DNA from: Myxococcota bacterium
Lineage (GTDB): Bacteria; Myxococcota_A; UBA796; SXON01
Assembly: GCA_040386535.1 (NCBI GenBank)
Contig: JAZKFH010000027.1
Span: 44,314-108,313, forward strand
Direction of reading: 5' to 3'
DNA: 64,000 nucleotides
Each line of letters begins with the position of its first letter. Position 1 is the stretch's first letter. Under the pieces are notes generated by a model. That model saw only the letters and a list, made by a program, of their open reading frames with translations, was not told the origin of the DNA and made no database searches. Below, piece after piece: positions 41,755-51,895 of this stretch. The position numbers and the translations under genes are program-made.

Positions 41755-41941
41755 GGGGACGTCCTCTTCGCGGGCAAGTGATACCCCAGATGGCGAGCAG
41801 GCGCCGATCGCACGCGAACGTGGCGCGAGCCGGACCGGCGGGAGCGCGGACCCGGCTGGAGGCGGTCGAATCTCGGGGGCGCGGAGGGGCGGCGGCTCCC
41901 CGCCTGCCGATGTATACGAGGGTCGGGAGAGAGCCTTCGAG

Positions 41942-43375
41942 ATGCAACGGGTGCATGCCGCCACGATGCGCTGGTCGCTTCGGCTGGTCGACACCGCGGT
42001 GATCGCCGCCACGTTCGTGATGACCGCGCTGCTGCGGGAGTCGATCCGGACGTTCTGGAAGATCGACATCATCCCCGGCCCCGCCGTCCTGCAGGCGGTC
42101 ACCCTCCAGAACCAGCTCCACCTCATCGTCCTCATCGTGCCGGTGTGGCTCCTCTCGCTCCACATCGGTGGCGCCTACGCCGATCTGCGCCGCACCCGCA
42201 GCGATCTGCTCTTCATCCGCCTCCTCCGCGCCGTCGGCATGGCGGTGTTGCTCCTCCTCGCGCTGCTGTTCATCGTGCAGCCCGCGTTGCCCCCGTCGCG
42301 TACCTTCCTCGTGTCGTTCGCGGCGATGAGCAGCGTGACCTTGTTCCTCGCGCGCCGCTGGATGTTGCGCCGGCCGGTCACGAGGGACGAAGTGTCGAAC
42401 ATCCTCGTGGTCGGCAGCATGCTCGAGGCCGAGCCCTTCCTGGAGACCCTCCGGCGCCACCCCGACTGGGGCGTGCGCGTGGCGGGCGTCATCCGCCCGG
42501 ACGACGAGGAGGTGACCAGCATCGGCGGCATCAAGGTCCTCGGCACCCTCTCCCAGCTCCCGTACGTGCTGGAGCGCGAGTCGATCGCCCAGGTGTTCAT
42601 GACCGGGCGGGCCTGGAGCACCGAGACGCTCCGCCGCGTGGCGGACGCGTGTGAGGAGCTCGGCATCACCTTCTCGATGGACGCGAACTTCCTCGGCCTC
42701 TCCGTCGCCCAGGCGGACGTGCAGGACTTCGAGGGCTGGAGCGTGCTGTCGTTCTCGTCCACCCCCACCAACGCCGACGCCCTGGTCATCAAGCGCGTGA
42801 TGGATCTGGTGGGCGCCGCCGCCGCGCTCGTGCTGCTCACCCCGGTGTTCCTCCTCACCGCCATCGCCATCAAGCTCGAAGACGGCGGGCCCGTGCTCTT
42901 CGCGCAGGAGCGGAGCGGGCTCTTCGGGCGCCGCTTCTCCATGTACAAGTTCCGCTCGATGGTGGTGGACGCGGAGGCCCGCAAGGCCGAGCTCGAGACG
43001 CTCAACGAGATGAGCGGGCCGGTGTTCAAGATGACGCGGGATCCGCGCATCACGCGGGTCGGCGCGTTCATCCGCAAGACGTCGATCGACGAGCTGCCGC
43101 AGTTCTGGAACGTGTTCCGGGGCGAGATGAGCCTGGTGGGCCCACGCCCCCCCATCCCGGCCGAGGTCACGCGGTACGAGCGCTGGCAGATGCGTCGCCT
43201 GTCGATGAAGCCCGGGCTCACGTGCATCTGGCAGGTGAGCGGTCGCAACCACGTCGACTTCGAGACGTGGATGAAGCTCGATCTCCAGTACATCGACAAC
43301 TGGAGCTTGTTCCTCGACGTGAAGCTCCTCGTACGCACGGTGCCGGCGGTGTTGCTGGGATCCGGCGCGAGGTAG
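41942..43375 (+). CDS. Polyprenyl-phosphate sugar phosphotransferase (WcaJ/WbaP family)
   Basis: [45 protein letters not shown]. Confidence 0.92.
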   Translation: MQRVHAATMRWSLRLVDTAVIAATFVMTALLRESIRTFWKIDIIPGPAVLQAVTLQNQLHLIVLIVPVWLLSLHIGGAYADLRRTRSDLLFIRLLRAVGMAVLLLLALLFIVQPALPPSRTFLVSFAAMSSVTLFLARRWMLRRPVTRDEVSNILVVGSMLEAEPFLETLRRHPDWGVRVAGVIRPDDEEVTSIGGIKVLGTLSQLPYVLERESIAQVFMTGRAWSTETLRRVADACEELGITFSMDANFLGLSVAQADVQDFEGWSVLSFSSTPTNADALVIKRVMDLVGAAAALVLLTPVFLLTAIAIKLEDGGPVLFAQERSGLFGRRFSMYKFRSMVVDAEARKAELETLNEMSGPVFKMTRDPRITRVGAFIRKTSIDELPQFWNVFRGEMSLVGPRPPIPAEVTRYERWQMRRLSMKPGLTCIWQVSGRNHVDFETWMKLDLQYIDNWSLFLDVKLLVRTVPAVLLGSGAR

Positions 43376-43421
43376 GGGAAAGCGCTCCCCGCGGGCGCCC
43401 GCGGCACGGTAGATTTGCCGG

Positions 43422-44948
43422 ATGCAGCCCATCCCCGGCTCCCCCGAAGAGCTGACCGCGTTCGCCGGCCTCCAGGCTCAGATGCCGGACCTGTTCCGGC
43501 GCGTCACCGCCGACCGTCGCCAGCCGCAGACGGTGGTGGTGGTGCCGAGCCTCTCGCTCGACCCGCAGGAGCTCGCCAAGGTCACCGGGGTGCACCACTA
43601 CGAAGAGCGCATGCTCTACATGTTGATGCTGCTCCGGCGCCCACGCACACGCGTCGTGTTCGTGACCAGCCAGCAGATCGACCCCATCGTGGTCGACTAC
43701 TTCCTGCACCTCCTCACGGGCGTGCCGGCGAGCCACGCGCGCGAACGGCTCGAGATGTACTGGTGCAACGACGCGAGCCGGCAGCCGCTGACCGCCAAGG
43801 TGCTGGCGCGCCACCGCCTCGTCGAGCGGATCCGCGCCGCCATCCCCGATCCCGCGGCGGCCCACCTCGTCTGTTTCAACAGCTCGCCGCTCGAACGCTC
43901 GTTGTCGGTGCGCCTCGGGATCCCGCTCTACGCCAGCGATCCCGCGCTGTACCACCTCGGCACCAAGTCGGGCTGCCGCGAGGTGTTCCGCGAGTCGGGC
44001 GTGTTGTTCCCCGACGGCTACGAGCATCTCCGCGATGGCGACGACATCGCCGCCTCCCTCGCCGCGCTCAAGTCCCAACACCCGGAGATGCGCCGTGCCG
44101 TGGTGAAGCTGAACGACGGCTTCTCGGGCGAGGGGAACGCGCTCTTCTACTTCGACGGGTGCGACGCCACGTCCGACGCGGAGCGCACCACGTGGTGCCG
44201 CGAGCGCCTCCAGTACCTGCGCTTCGAGGCGCCGGGAGAGACCTGGGAGCGGTACCACGCCAAGTACAAGGAGATGCGCGGGGTGGTCGAGATGTTCGTG
44301 GAGGGCGCGATCAAGCGCTCGCCGTCCTCGCAGAACCGCGTGAACGCGCTCGGCCAGGCGATGGCGATCTCCACGCACGACCAGGTGCTGGGCGGACCGA
44401 GCGGCCAGGTGTTCCTGGGCTGCACCTTCCCCGCGGACGACGAGTATCGCCTCGACATCCAACGCTCCGGCCTCCAGGTGGCCACCGCGTTGGCGAGCAA
44501 GGGCGTGCTCGGCCGCTTCGCGACGGATTTCGTGTCGGTCAAGGGCGCGGACGGCAGCTGGGAGCACCACGCCATCGAGGTCAACCTGCGCAAGGGCGGC
44601 ACCACCCACCCCTTCCTCACGCTGCGCTTCCTCACCGACGGCACGTACGACGAGGAGACCGGCCTGTTCTACTCCCAGAGCGGCCGCCCCAAGTTCTACT
44701 ACGGCAGCGACTCGGTGCAGTCCGACCAGTACAAGGGGCTGCGCCCCCAGGACCTCGTGGACATCGCGGTCCTGCACGAGCTGCACTTCCACGCGTCGAC
44801 CGAGCGCGGGGTCGTGTTCCACCTCATCGGCGCGTTGTCGGAGTTCGGGAAGCTGGGGATGGTGTGCATCGGCGACAACCCGCAGCAGGCCGAGTTCCTG
44901 TACCGCAAGACCCGCAGCGTGTTGGACCAGGCGACCCGCCGATCCTAA
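43422..44948 (+). CDS. Peptide ligase PGM1-related ATP-grasp protein
   Basis: VVVPSLSLD...HYEERML, GTKSG.R, VVKLN.GFSGEGN, STHDQVLGG, EVNLRKGGTTHP. Confidence 0.8.
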   Translation: MQPIPGSPEELTAFAGLQAQMPDLFRRVTADRRQPQTVVVVPSLSLDPQELAKVTGVHHYEERMLYMLMLLRRPRTRVVFVTSQQIDPIVVDYFLHLLTGVPASHARERLEMYWCNDASRQPLTAKVLARHRLVERIRAAIPDPAAAHLVCFNSSPLERSLSVRLGIPLYASDPALYHLGTKSGCREVFRESGVLFPDGYEHLRDGDDIAASLAALKSQHPEMRRAVVKLNDGFSGEGNALFYFDGCDATSDAERTTWCRERLQYLRFEAPGETWERYHAKYKEMRGVVEMFVEGAIKRSPSSQNRVNALGQAMAISTHDQVLGGPSGQVFLGCTFPADDEYRLDIQRSGLQVATALASKGVLGRFATDFVSVKGADGSWEHHAIEVNLRKGGTTHPFLTLRFLTDGTYDEETGLFYSQSGRPKFYYGSDSVQSDQYKGLRPQDLVDIAVLHELHFHASTERGVVFHLIGALSEFGKLGMVCIGDNPQQAEFLYRKTRSVLDQATRRS

Positions 44949-45066
44949 GGCCGACCGTTCGTCCGCTCGCCGCAGCCTTTCGTCCTCTCGCCGCCCCTCC
45001 CTGCCTCTTCCGCGGCCCTTCCGTCCCCTTGAATAGGCGGGCCGGTTGCGCGTACACTCCGGCCCG

Positions 45067-46677
45067 ATGAAGCCCTCCCTCCTGTCCTTGCTGGTCCTCG
45101 CTCCGGCCGTCGGTTGCAATCCGGACTTCGAGGTGCGGGAGCAGCCGCGCGTGCTCGACAGCTTCCCCTACGTGGACTGTGGCGCCGTGGCGCCCGGCGG
45201 GCGGCAGATCTGCACGGTGCCGTTGTTCTCCCAGGACAGCGGCGCGGTCACGATCTTCGACATCGCCGCGACGGACATCAGCTTCCCCGAGGGGGGCATC
45301 GGCGAGCAGGGCTCGGCCTTCATCGTCCGCGACGAGTACTGGATGCAGGCGGGCTGCGGCGACGGGGACTGCCGCTACCTCGAGGGCTACGACGACGAGT
45401 CCGACGAGGACACGCTGGCGCTCGACATCACCTTCGCGCCGATGACCGAGGGTTACTACCAGGGCGAGCTGACCATCTGGTCGAACGACAACAAGAGCAC
45501 GCTCGAGGAGCCGCTCCCGGACGAGCCCGAGCGCTCCGAGCACGTGTGGAAGGTCCAGCTGCGCGGCCTGGCCCGCCCGGCGTGCGGGCGCGTCTGGCCG
45601 ACGTTCATCGACATGGGCCTGCGCGAGGCCCCCGGCGCCGAGTTCGGCACCAACGCCCGCATCGAGAACTGCGGCATCGTGACGCTCGAGGTCTCCGCGT
45701 TCCCCGACAGCGGCACCGGCGCCGAGGAGATGGGGGTGACCACCACTCCCGCGGTCTACGTCCTGCCCGGGCTCTCCGAGGACATCGCGATCGCCTGGAA
45801 CGTCGGCACCCTGACCAACGGCGAGCCGACCCCCGTGTCCGCCGAGATCGGGTTCCAGGGCAACGCGGTCGACACGCTGAACGCGGCGACCCTCACGGTC
45901 GTCGGCAACGCGTGTGACCTGTCGGTCGACGAGGACTGGGATGCCGATGTGGACGGCTGGAGCCGGTGCGGCGGCGACTGTGACGACGCCGACTCCACCG
46001 CCAACCCCTCGGCCACGGAGCGCGCGGCGAACGGGCACGACGACGATTGTGACGGCACGATCGACGAGACCGCCAACCCCGTCGGCTCCGACGACGACGG
46101 CGACGGGTGGAGCGAGTCCGCGGGCGACTGTGACGACGCCGACGCCGCCATCTCGCCGGACGCGGTGGAGAGCATCAACCAGGTCGACGACGACTGCAAC
46201 GACCGCATCGACGACGCGACCGAGCGCTACGACGACGACCAGGACAGCTACTCCGAGCGCCAGGGCGACTGCGACGACACCAACCGCCTCGTGTCTCCCG
46301 CCGCCACGGAGACGACCGACGGGTTGGACAACGACTGCGACGGCGTGGTGGACGAGGGAGGCCCCGCTCACGACGACGACGTGGACGGTGCGGTCGAGGT
46401 CGAGGCGGACCCTGCGCAGAACGACTGCGACGACGAGGACTACTGGGTCTACGTGGGCGCGTTCGAATACTGCGACGGCTACGACAACGACTGCGACGGG
46501 GTCGTGGACGAGGGCGAGGCCGACGAGGCCGACGGCGCCTGCGCGTTCCTGCCGCGCCGCGAGGACGACGACGAGGTCGTCGACGAGACGAAGGGCTGCG
46601 CGACCACGCCGGGGACCACGGCTGCCGGGTGGTTGATCCTTGCGGCGGGCCTCGGGATCGCACGCCGCCGACGGTAG
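45067..46677 (+). CDS. Lipoprotein with multiple MopE-type metal-binding repeats and MYXO-CTERM-like tail
   Basis: Repeated GDCDD....P.A.E..NG.DDDCDG; C-terminal KGCAT...WLILAAGLGIARRRR. Confidence 0.8.
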   Translation: MKPSLLSLLVLAPAVGCNPDFEVREQPRVLDSFPYVDCGAVAPGGRQICTVPLFSQDSGAVTIFDIAATDISFPEGGIGEQGSAFIVRDEYWMQAGCGDGDCRYLEGYDDESDEDTLALDITFAPMTEGYYQGELTIWSNDNKSTLEEPLPDEPERSEHVWKVQLRGLARPACGRVWPTFIDMGLREAPGAEFGTNARIENCGIVTLEVSAFPDSGTGAEEMGVTTTPAVYVLPGLSEDIAIAWNVGTLTNGEPTPVSAEIGFQGNAVDTLNAATLTVVGNACDLSVDEDWDADVDGWSRCGGDCDDADSTANPSATERAANGHDDDCDGTIDETANPVGSDDDGDGWSESAGDCDDADAAISPDAVESINQVDDDCNDRIDDATERYDDDQDSYSERQGDCDDTNRLVSPAATETTDGLDNDCDGVVDEGGPAHDDDVDGAVEVEADPAQNDCDDEDYWVYVGAFEYCDGYDNDCDGVVDEGEADEADGACAFLPRREDDDEVVDETKGCATTPGTTAAGWLILAAGLGIARRRR

Positions 46678-46762
46678 CCGGCGCGGCCTCGGCGCGACGC
46701 GGATCGGCATCGCGGCCGCATGGATGCTTGTCGGGGTGGAGTCGCGTGTCTACCGATTGGGG

Positions 46763-48613
46763 ATGCGGCCTGCTGGCGCCAACGTCGTCCTCCTCTTGAG
46801 TGCCCTCGCGATCGTGGCGCTCGTCCTCTACGTGTTCGACTTGAACGAGTCGCGGCCCGTCAAATACTCCGAATTCAAGACGATGATCGAGGCCGGCCAG
46901 GTGGAGTCGGTCACGTTCACGGGCGAGGCCGTCACCGCGGAGGTGAAGCCGGCCGCCGGGGAGACGCCGCCGCCGCCGGACGTGCGCACCGTGGCCGTCC
47001 CGGGGGACGAGTCGCTGGTGCAGCTGCTCCAGGCCAAGAACATCCCCTACGGCGCCGAGTCGGTGAACGGCTGCGCGGGCGGCTCGATGCTGCTCACGAT
47101 GTTGCTGCTCTCCGTGGGCCTCTGGTTCCTGCTGGCGCGGCCCTCGGGTGGCGCGCCTCCGGGCATCGCCGCGTTCGGCAAGTCCCAGGCCAAGCTCGCA
47201 CCCGAGGAGGGCATCGGCGTCACCTTCAAGGACGTGGCCGGCATCGACGAGGCGGAGGAGGAGCTGAACGAGATCGTCCAGTTCCTCAAGACCCCCGAGC
47301 GTTTCACCCGCCTCGGCGGCCGCATCCCCAAGGGCGTGCTCCTCATCGGTCCGCCGGGCACTGGAAAGACGCTCCTCGCGCGCGCCGTCGCTGGTGAGGC
47401 CGGGGTGCCCTTCTTCAGCATCTCCGGCAGCGATTTCGTCGAGATGTTCGTCGGCGTGGGCGCGGCCCGCGTGCGTGACCTGTTCAAGCAGGCCGCCGAG
47501 CGCGCGCCGTGCATCATCTTCATCGACGAGCTCGACGCCATCGGCAAGGCGCGCGAGCCGAACGGCATCGTGGGCGGCCAGGACGAGCGCCACCAGACGC
47601 TCAACCAGCTCCTCGTCGAGATGGACGGGTTCGACGGCCGCAAGGGCATCATCATGCTCGCGGCCACCAACCGCCCGGAGACCCTCGATCCGGCCCTGCT
47701 CCGCGCCGGCCGGTTCGATCGGCAGGTCGTGGTGGACCGCCCCGACGTGAAGGGGCGCGAGGCCATCCTCCGCGTCCATGCCCGCAACATGCGCCTCGCG
47801 GAGGACGCCGACCTGAAGGTGGTCGCCCAGCGCACCCCCGGGTTCTCCGGCGCCGACCTCGCCAACGCCCTGAACGAGGCCGCCCTGCTCGCGGCGCGCC
47901 GCGGCAAGGAGGACATCCATCTCGCCGACATCGAGGACGCCGTCGAGCGCATGGTCGTCGGCCTGGAGAAGAAGTCGCGGCGCCTGTCCCAGGCCGAGCG
48001 AAAGGTCGTGGCCTACCACGAGGCGGGGCACGCGGTGTGCGCGGCGGGTTCGCCCGGTGCGGACCCCGTGCAGAAGATCAGCATCATCCCGCGTGGCATC
48101 GGCGCCCTCGGCTACACGGTCACGATGCCGCTCGAGGACCGCTACCTCGTGAGCCGCCAGGAGCTGGTCAATCGGCTCGTCGTGCTCTACGGCGGCCGCG
48201 CGGCCGAGGAGCTCGTGTTCGGGGACTTCACGACCGGCGCCGCGGACGACATCTCCAAGGCGAGCGACCTCGCCCGGCGCATGGTCACGCAGTTCGGCAT
48301 GTCGCTCCTGCTCGGCGCGGTGAACTACGGCTCCGACCGGCCCAACCCCTTCGGGATGGGCGGTGCCGTGCGGGACGTGGCGATCAGCGAGGAGACCTCG
48401 CGCGCGATCGACGGCGAGGTGCGCAAGCTCCTCGACGAGGCCCACGTCCGCGCCCGCGCCCTGGTGCGGGTCAACCGCGACCTGATGGACGCGATGACCG
48501 CCACGCTCCTCGAGCACGAGGTGATCGACGGCGAGGCGCTGAAGTCGCTCCTCTCGCGCGTGTTGAGCGACGCGCCGGAGAGCCACCTCGCGCCCGGGTT
48601 CGCGAGCGCGTAG
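46763..48613 (+). CDS. ftsH: ATP-dependent zinc metalloprotease FtsH
   Basis: [47 protein letters not shown]. Confidence 0.96.
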   Translation: MRPAGANVVLLLSALAIVALVLYVFDLNESRPVKYSEFKTMIEAGQVESVTFTGEAVTAEVKPAAGETPPPPDVRTVAVPGDESLVQLLQAKNIPYGAESVNGCAGGSMLLTMLLLSVGLWFLLARPSGGAPPGIAAFGKSQAKLAPEEGIGVTFKDVAGIDEAEEELNEIVQFLKTPERFTRLGGRIPKGVLLIGPPGTGKTLLARAVAGEAGVPFFSISGSDFVEMFVGVGAARVRDLFKQAAERAPCIIFIDELDAIGKAREPNGIVGGQDERHQTLNQLLVEMDGFDGRKGIIMLAATNRPETLDPALLRAGRFDRQVVVDRPDVKGREAILRVHARNMRLAEDADLKVVAQRTPGFSGADLANALNEAALLAARRGKEDIHLADIEDAVERMVVGLEKKSRRLSQAERKVVAYHEAGHAVCAAGSPGADPVQKISIIPRGIGALGYTVTMPLEDRYLVSRQELVNRLVVLYGGRAAEELVFGDFTTGAADDISKASDLARRMVTQFGMSLLLGAVNYGSDRPNPFGMGGAVRDVAISEETSRAIDGEVRKLLDEAHVRARALVRVNRDLMDAMTATLLEHEVIDGEALKSLLSRVLSDAPESHLAPGFASA

Positions 48614-48799
48614 TCCCTCCGAGTAGCTCTCCGCGGAGGAACGGGGGAGTCCCGCCGGACGTCGCCGACCGGGGTGGGCAGGGCGTACGGCGAATGGCCG
48701 CGGGTACGGCGGAAGGGGCCCCTTGGGAAGGCCACCGCCGGGGGCCCCGCGGCGGTTCCTTCGCCGTACGTCCTGACCACCCCACGTTAAGCGGGCGGC

Positions 48800-50584
48800 A
48801 TGCGCGACCTTAGAGCCTTCCTCGACGTCCTTCGCCGCGAGGGTGACCTCGTCGAGATCGACGCCCCGTGTGATCCCAAGCTGGAGATCGCCGAGATCCA
48901 CCGCCGCGTGATCGCCGCGGACGGCCCGGCGATCCTGTTCAAGCGCCCGAACGGGGCCGACTTCCCGCTCGTGACCAACCTGTTCGGCACGAAGAAGCGC
49001 GTCGACCTCGCCTTCGGCGGCCGCCCCGGCGAGTTCATCCGCCGCGTGGCGGCGTTGCCGCACGAGCTGATGCCGCCTTCGCTCGGCAAGCTCTGGGCGC
49101 AGCGGGACCTCGCGTGGCAGGGCATGTCGCTCGGGCTCAAACACTCCGCGCGGGGCGCCGTCACCGAGGTGGTGGAGCGTGACCCCAAGCTCTCCCGCAT
49201 CCCGATGCTGCACTGCTGGCCGGAGGACGGCGGCTCGTTCGTGACGCTGCCGCTCGTGTACACGGAGCACCCGAAGACCGGCGTGCACAACCTCGGCATG
49301 TACCGGATCCAGCGCCACGACGACCGCACGACCGGCATGCACTGGCAGATCGCGAAGGGTGGCGGCTTTCACCACCACGTGGCCGAGCAGGAGGGCCAGG
49401 CCCTCCCGGTGAACCTGTTCGTGGGCGGGCCCCCGGGGCTCATCCTCTCCGCGATCGCGCCGCTGCCGGAGAACGTGCCGGAGCTGCTCCTGGCCTCGCT
49501 GCTGCTGGGCGACCGCCTGCCGCGCTGCGACAACCCCGCCGGGCCGATGCCGCTGGTGTCGGACTGCGAGTTCGCCTTCGTCGGCAAGGTGCCGCCGCAC
49601 GTGCGCCGCCCCGAGGGGCCGTTCGGCGATCACTACGGCTACTACTCGCTCCAGCACGACTACCCGATCTTCGAGGTCGACGCGGTGTGCCACCGGAAGG
49701 ACGCGATCTGGCCCGCCACGGTGGTCGGCAAGCCCCGCCAGGAGGATTTCTACATCGGGGACTACCTGCAGGAGCTGCTCTCGCCGCTGTTCCCGCTGGT
49801 GATGCCGCAGGTGCGCAACCTCTGGAGCTACGGCGAGAGCGGCTACCACTCGCTCTCCTCCGCGGTGGTGCAGGAGCGCTACGGCCGCGAGGCCATGGCG
49901 AGCGCGTTCCGCATCCTCGGCGAGGGCCAGCTCTCCCTCACCAAGTTCCTGCTGCTGCTCGACACCCCGATGGACCTGCGGGACTTCAAGCCCGTGCTGG
50001 AGCACGTCCTCGCGCGCTTCAAGCCCGAGACCGACCTGTACGTGCTCTCCAACCTCTCGATGGACACGCTCGACTACGCCGGCCCCGCCGTGAACGAGGG
50101 CAGCAAGGGCGTCATGCTGGGCGTCGGCAAGCCGGTCCGCGATCTGTTGCGCACCTACAAGGGCGAGCCCCCCATCGGCGTGGTGGACGTGCGGCCCTAC
50201 TGCGGCGGCTGCCTCGTGGTGCAGGGCGTGCCCTACCGCGACGAGCCCGACCAGGCCGCACGCCTCGCCGACGCGTTCCCCGGGTGGCCGCTCGTGGTGC
50301 TGGTCGACGACGCGGAGGCCACCGTCCGCACCGACGCGCGTTTCATCTGGACCGCGTTCACCCGCTTCGAGCCCGCCGCCGATCTGCACGGCAAGCGGCG
50401 CATCCATCGCAACCACCTCGTGTTCGAGGGCTCCATCGTGCTCGACGCGCGGATGAAGCCCACCTACCCGAAGGAGCTCTTCTGCGACCCGGACACGGAG
50501 AAGCTCGTGTCGGACCGTTGGAGCGAGTACTTCCCCAGCGGGAAGGTGGTCATGGGCGACTCGGGGGCGGGCCACCTCGGGTAG
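48800..50584 (+). CDS. UbiD-family (prFMN) decarboxylase
   Basis: NLFGT, HNLGMYRIQ, EGPFGDHYGYY, VVGKPRQED, DTLDY. Confidence 0.9.
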   Translation: MRDLRAFLDVLRREGDLVEIDAPCDPKLEIAEIHRRVIAADGPAILFKRPNGADFPLVTNLFGTKKRVDLAFGGRPGEFIRRVAALPHELMPPSLGKLWAQRDLAWQGMSLGLKHSARGAVTEVVERDPKLSRIPMLHCWPEDGGSFVTLPLVYTEHPKTGVHNLGMYRIQRHDDRTTGMHWQIAKGGGFHHHVAEQEGQALPVNLFVGGPPGLILSAIAPLPENVPELLLASLLLGDRLPRCDNPAGPMPLVSDCEFAFVGKVPPHVRRPEGPFGDHYGYYSLQHDYPIFEVDAVCHRKDAIWPATVVGKPRQEDFYIGDYLQELLSPLFPLVMPQVRNLWSYGESGYHSLSSAVVQERYGREAMASAFRILGEGQLSLTKFLLLLDTPMDLRDFKPVLEHVLARFKPETDLYVLSNLSMDTLDYAGPAVNEGSKGVMLGVGKPVRDLLRTYKGEPPIGVVDVRPYCGGCLVVQGVPYRDEPDQAARLADAFPGWPLVVLVDDAEATVRTDARFIWTAFTRFEPAADLHGKRRIHRNHLVFEGSIVLDARMKPTYPKELFCDPDTEKLVSDRWSEYFPSGKVVMGDSGAGHLG

Positions 50585-50596
50585 GGCCGGGGACGG

Positions 50597-51292
50597 TCAG
50601 AGCCGCGCGGCCGCTTCCTTGAGCTTGCGCGCGGCGTCCGCCAGCACGGCGTCGCCATGCGAGACCGCGACCATCGCGAGGTCGGGGTTCTCCGCCATCT
50701 CCTCGAGCCAGCCGCGGTAGGCCTTCGCGTCCGTCAGCATCAGGAACCGGCCGAGGCGCGTCATGCCGAAGTCGCCCGAGCTGCCCATCGCGCGGAGCAC
50801 GAGCCCGCCGAAGCCGGGCTGGTGCGGCACGTTGAACAGTGCGTCACACACGACGAGGCCGTGGCCGGCGCCGACGTCGAGCTCGTAGACGTGCTCGGTG
50901 TGCTTCACCCCGCGGGGCGCGTGCGTGCGGACCCCGGGGACATCGGTGTCCAGCCCGTCGACCTTCACCACCTGCTCGACCTTCACGCGGCTCTCCTCGG
51001 GGCACACGACGTGGAGGGCGGGGTAGCGCGCCTTCCACACCCCGGCGTCGAGGCGGTGAAAACCGTTCGGCACCACCAGCACCGTGGGCGGCCCGAGCGC
51101 CTCGATCTCGGCCATCGTCGCATCGTCACACGCGATGGCGCTGTGGATCCACAGCCCGCCCGCGGGCAAACGCCAGATCGTCATGGAGCGCGGGAGCGCC
51201 ATGTTGCGGAGCGTGCCGGTGACCTGCCAGATGCGCGGCGCGAGCTGGGTGAGCGGGCCGTGGGGCGACACGTGGGCGGTCCAGGGGGTCAT
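50597..51292 (-). CDS. DUF4336-like (metallo-beta-lactamase-fold) protein
   Basis: RSMTIWRL..GGLWIHS, VVPNGFHRLD, VSHGD. Confidence 0.7.
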   Translation of the reverse strand: MTPWTAHVSPHGPLTQLAPRIWQVTGTLRNMALPRSMTIWRLPAGGLWIHSAIACDDATMAEIEALGPPTVLVVPNGFHRLDAGVWKARYPALHVVCPEESRVKVEQVVKVDGLDTDVPGVRTHAPRGVKHTEHVYELDVGAGHGLVVCDALFNVPHQPGFGGLVLRAMGSSGDFGMTRLGRFLMLTDAKAYRGWLEEMAENPDLAMVAVSHGDAVLADAARKLKEAAARL

Positions 51293-51807
51293 GGGGGCGC
51301 TCCGGCGTCGGTCGATCCGGACCCCGACTCCCACGCGGGCCTCACGTCCGGCACGAGGGGCTTGGACCCGTCCGAGGCGCCGGTGGGCGGCGCGGGCAGC
51401 CCGGCGCTGGCGGGGGGTGGGAACGAGCGCCCGGCGGCGTCAGCGATGATCCGGGTCTTCTCCTCCAGATCGTGCACCTTGCGCTCCAGGTCCCGGCCGT
51501 TGCCTTCGAGCTCGACCAGGAGCAAGGCGTAGGCGTACTCCATCTCGATGACGGGGCCGACCTCCGCGAGGGCCTCGGTGCCGTCCAGGCGGCGCGCGGC
51601 CTCCTCCAGGCGCGGCTCCCAGCGCTCGGTGTAGACGCGCTCCGCGAGCACGCGCGCGGCCTCCCGATTGCCGGCCTTCCAGAGCTGCTCCACCTCTTCG
51701 AGGCCCGCGACCACGAGCTCGCCCTCCTGTTTCCAGGTGTGGGTCTCGGGGGCCAGGGTCGCCTCGACGGGCGGCGCGCAGGCGGTCAGCAACAGCAGCG
51801 TGAACAT
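51289..51807 (-). CDS. Hypothetical lipoprotein
   Basis: MFTLLLLTAC lipobox, helical body. Confidence 0.6.
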   Translation of the reverse strand: MFTLLLLTACAPPVEATLAPETHTWKQEGELVVAGLEEVEQLWKAGNREAARVLAERVYTERWEPRLEEAARRLDGTEALAEVGPVIEMEYAYALLLVELEGNGRDLERKVHDLEEKTRIIADAAGRSFPPPASAGLPAPPTGASDGSKPLVPDVRPAWESGSGSTDAGAPP

Positions 51808-51895
51808 CGCGAGAGGAGGTATCGCGGCCCATGCTGGGGGGGCACCTTCCCGCCTCCACCATTGGTGCGTATGCTGCGTCGGCACCGAGGAACCC

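Noticed and set aside
46175..50575. Very long antisense ORFs (also 849-2996, 40226-43432 beyond 40867, 51440-54790, 33176-35533)
   Set aside because: Shadow frames of high-GC genes; the opposite strand carries clear family motifs
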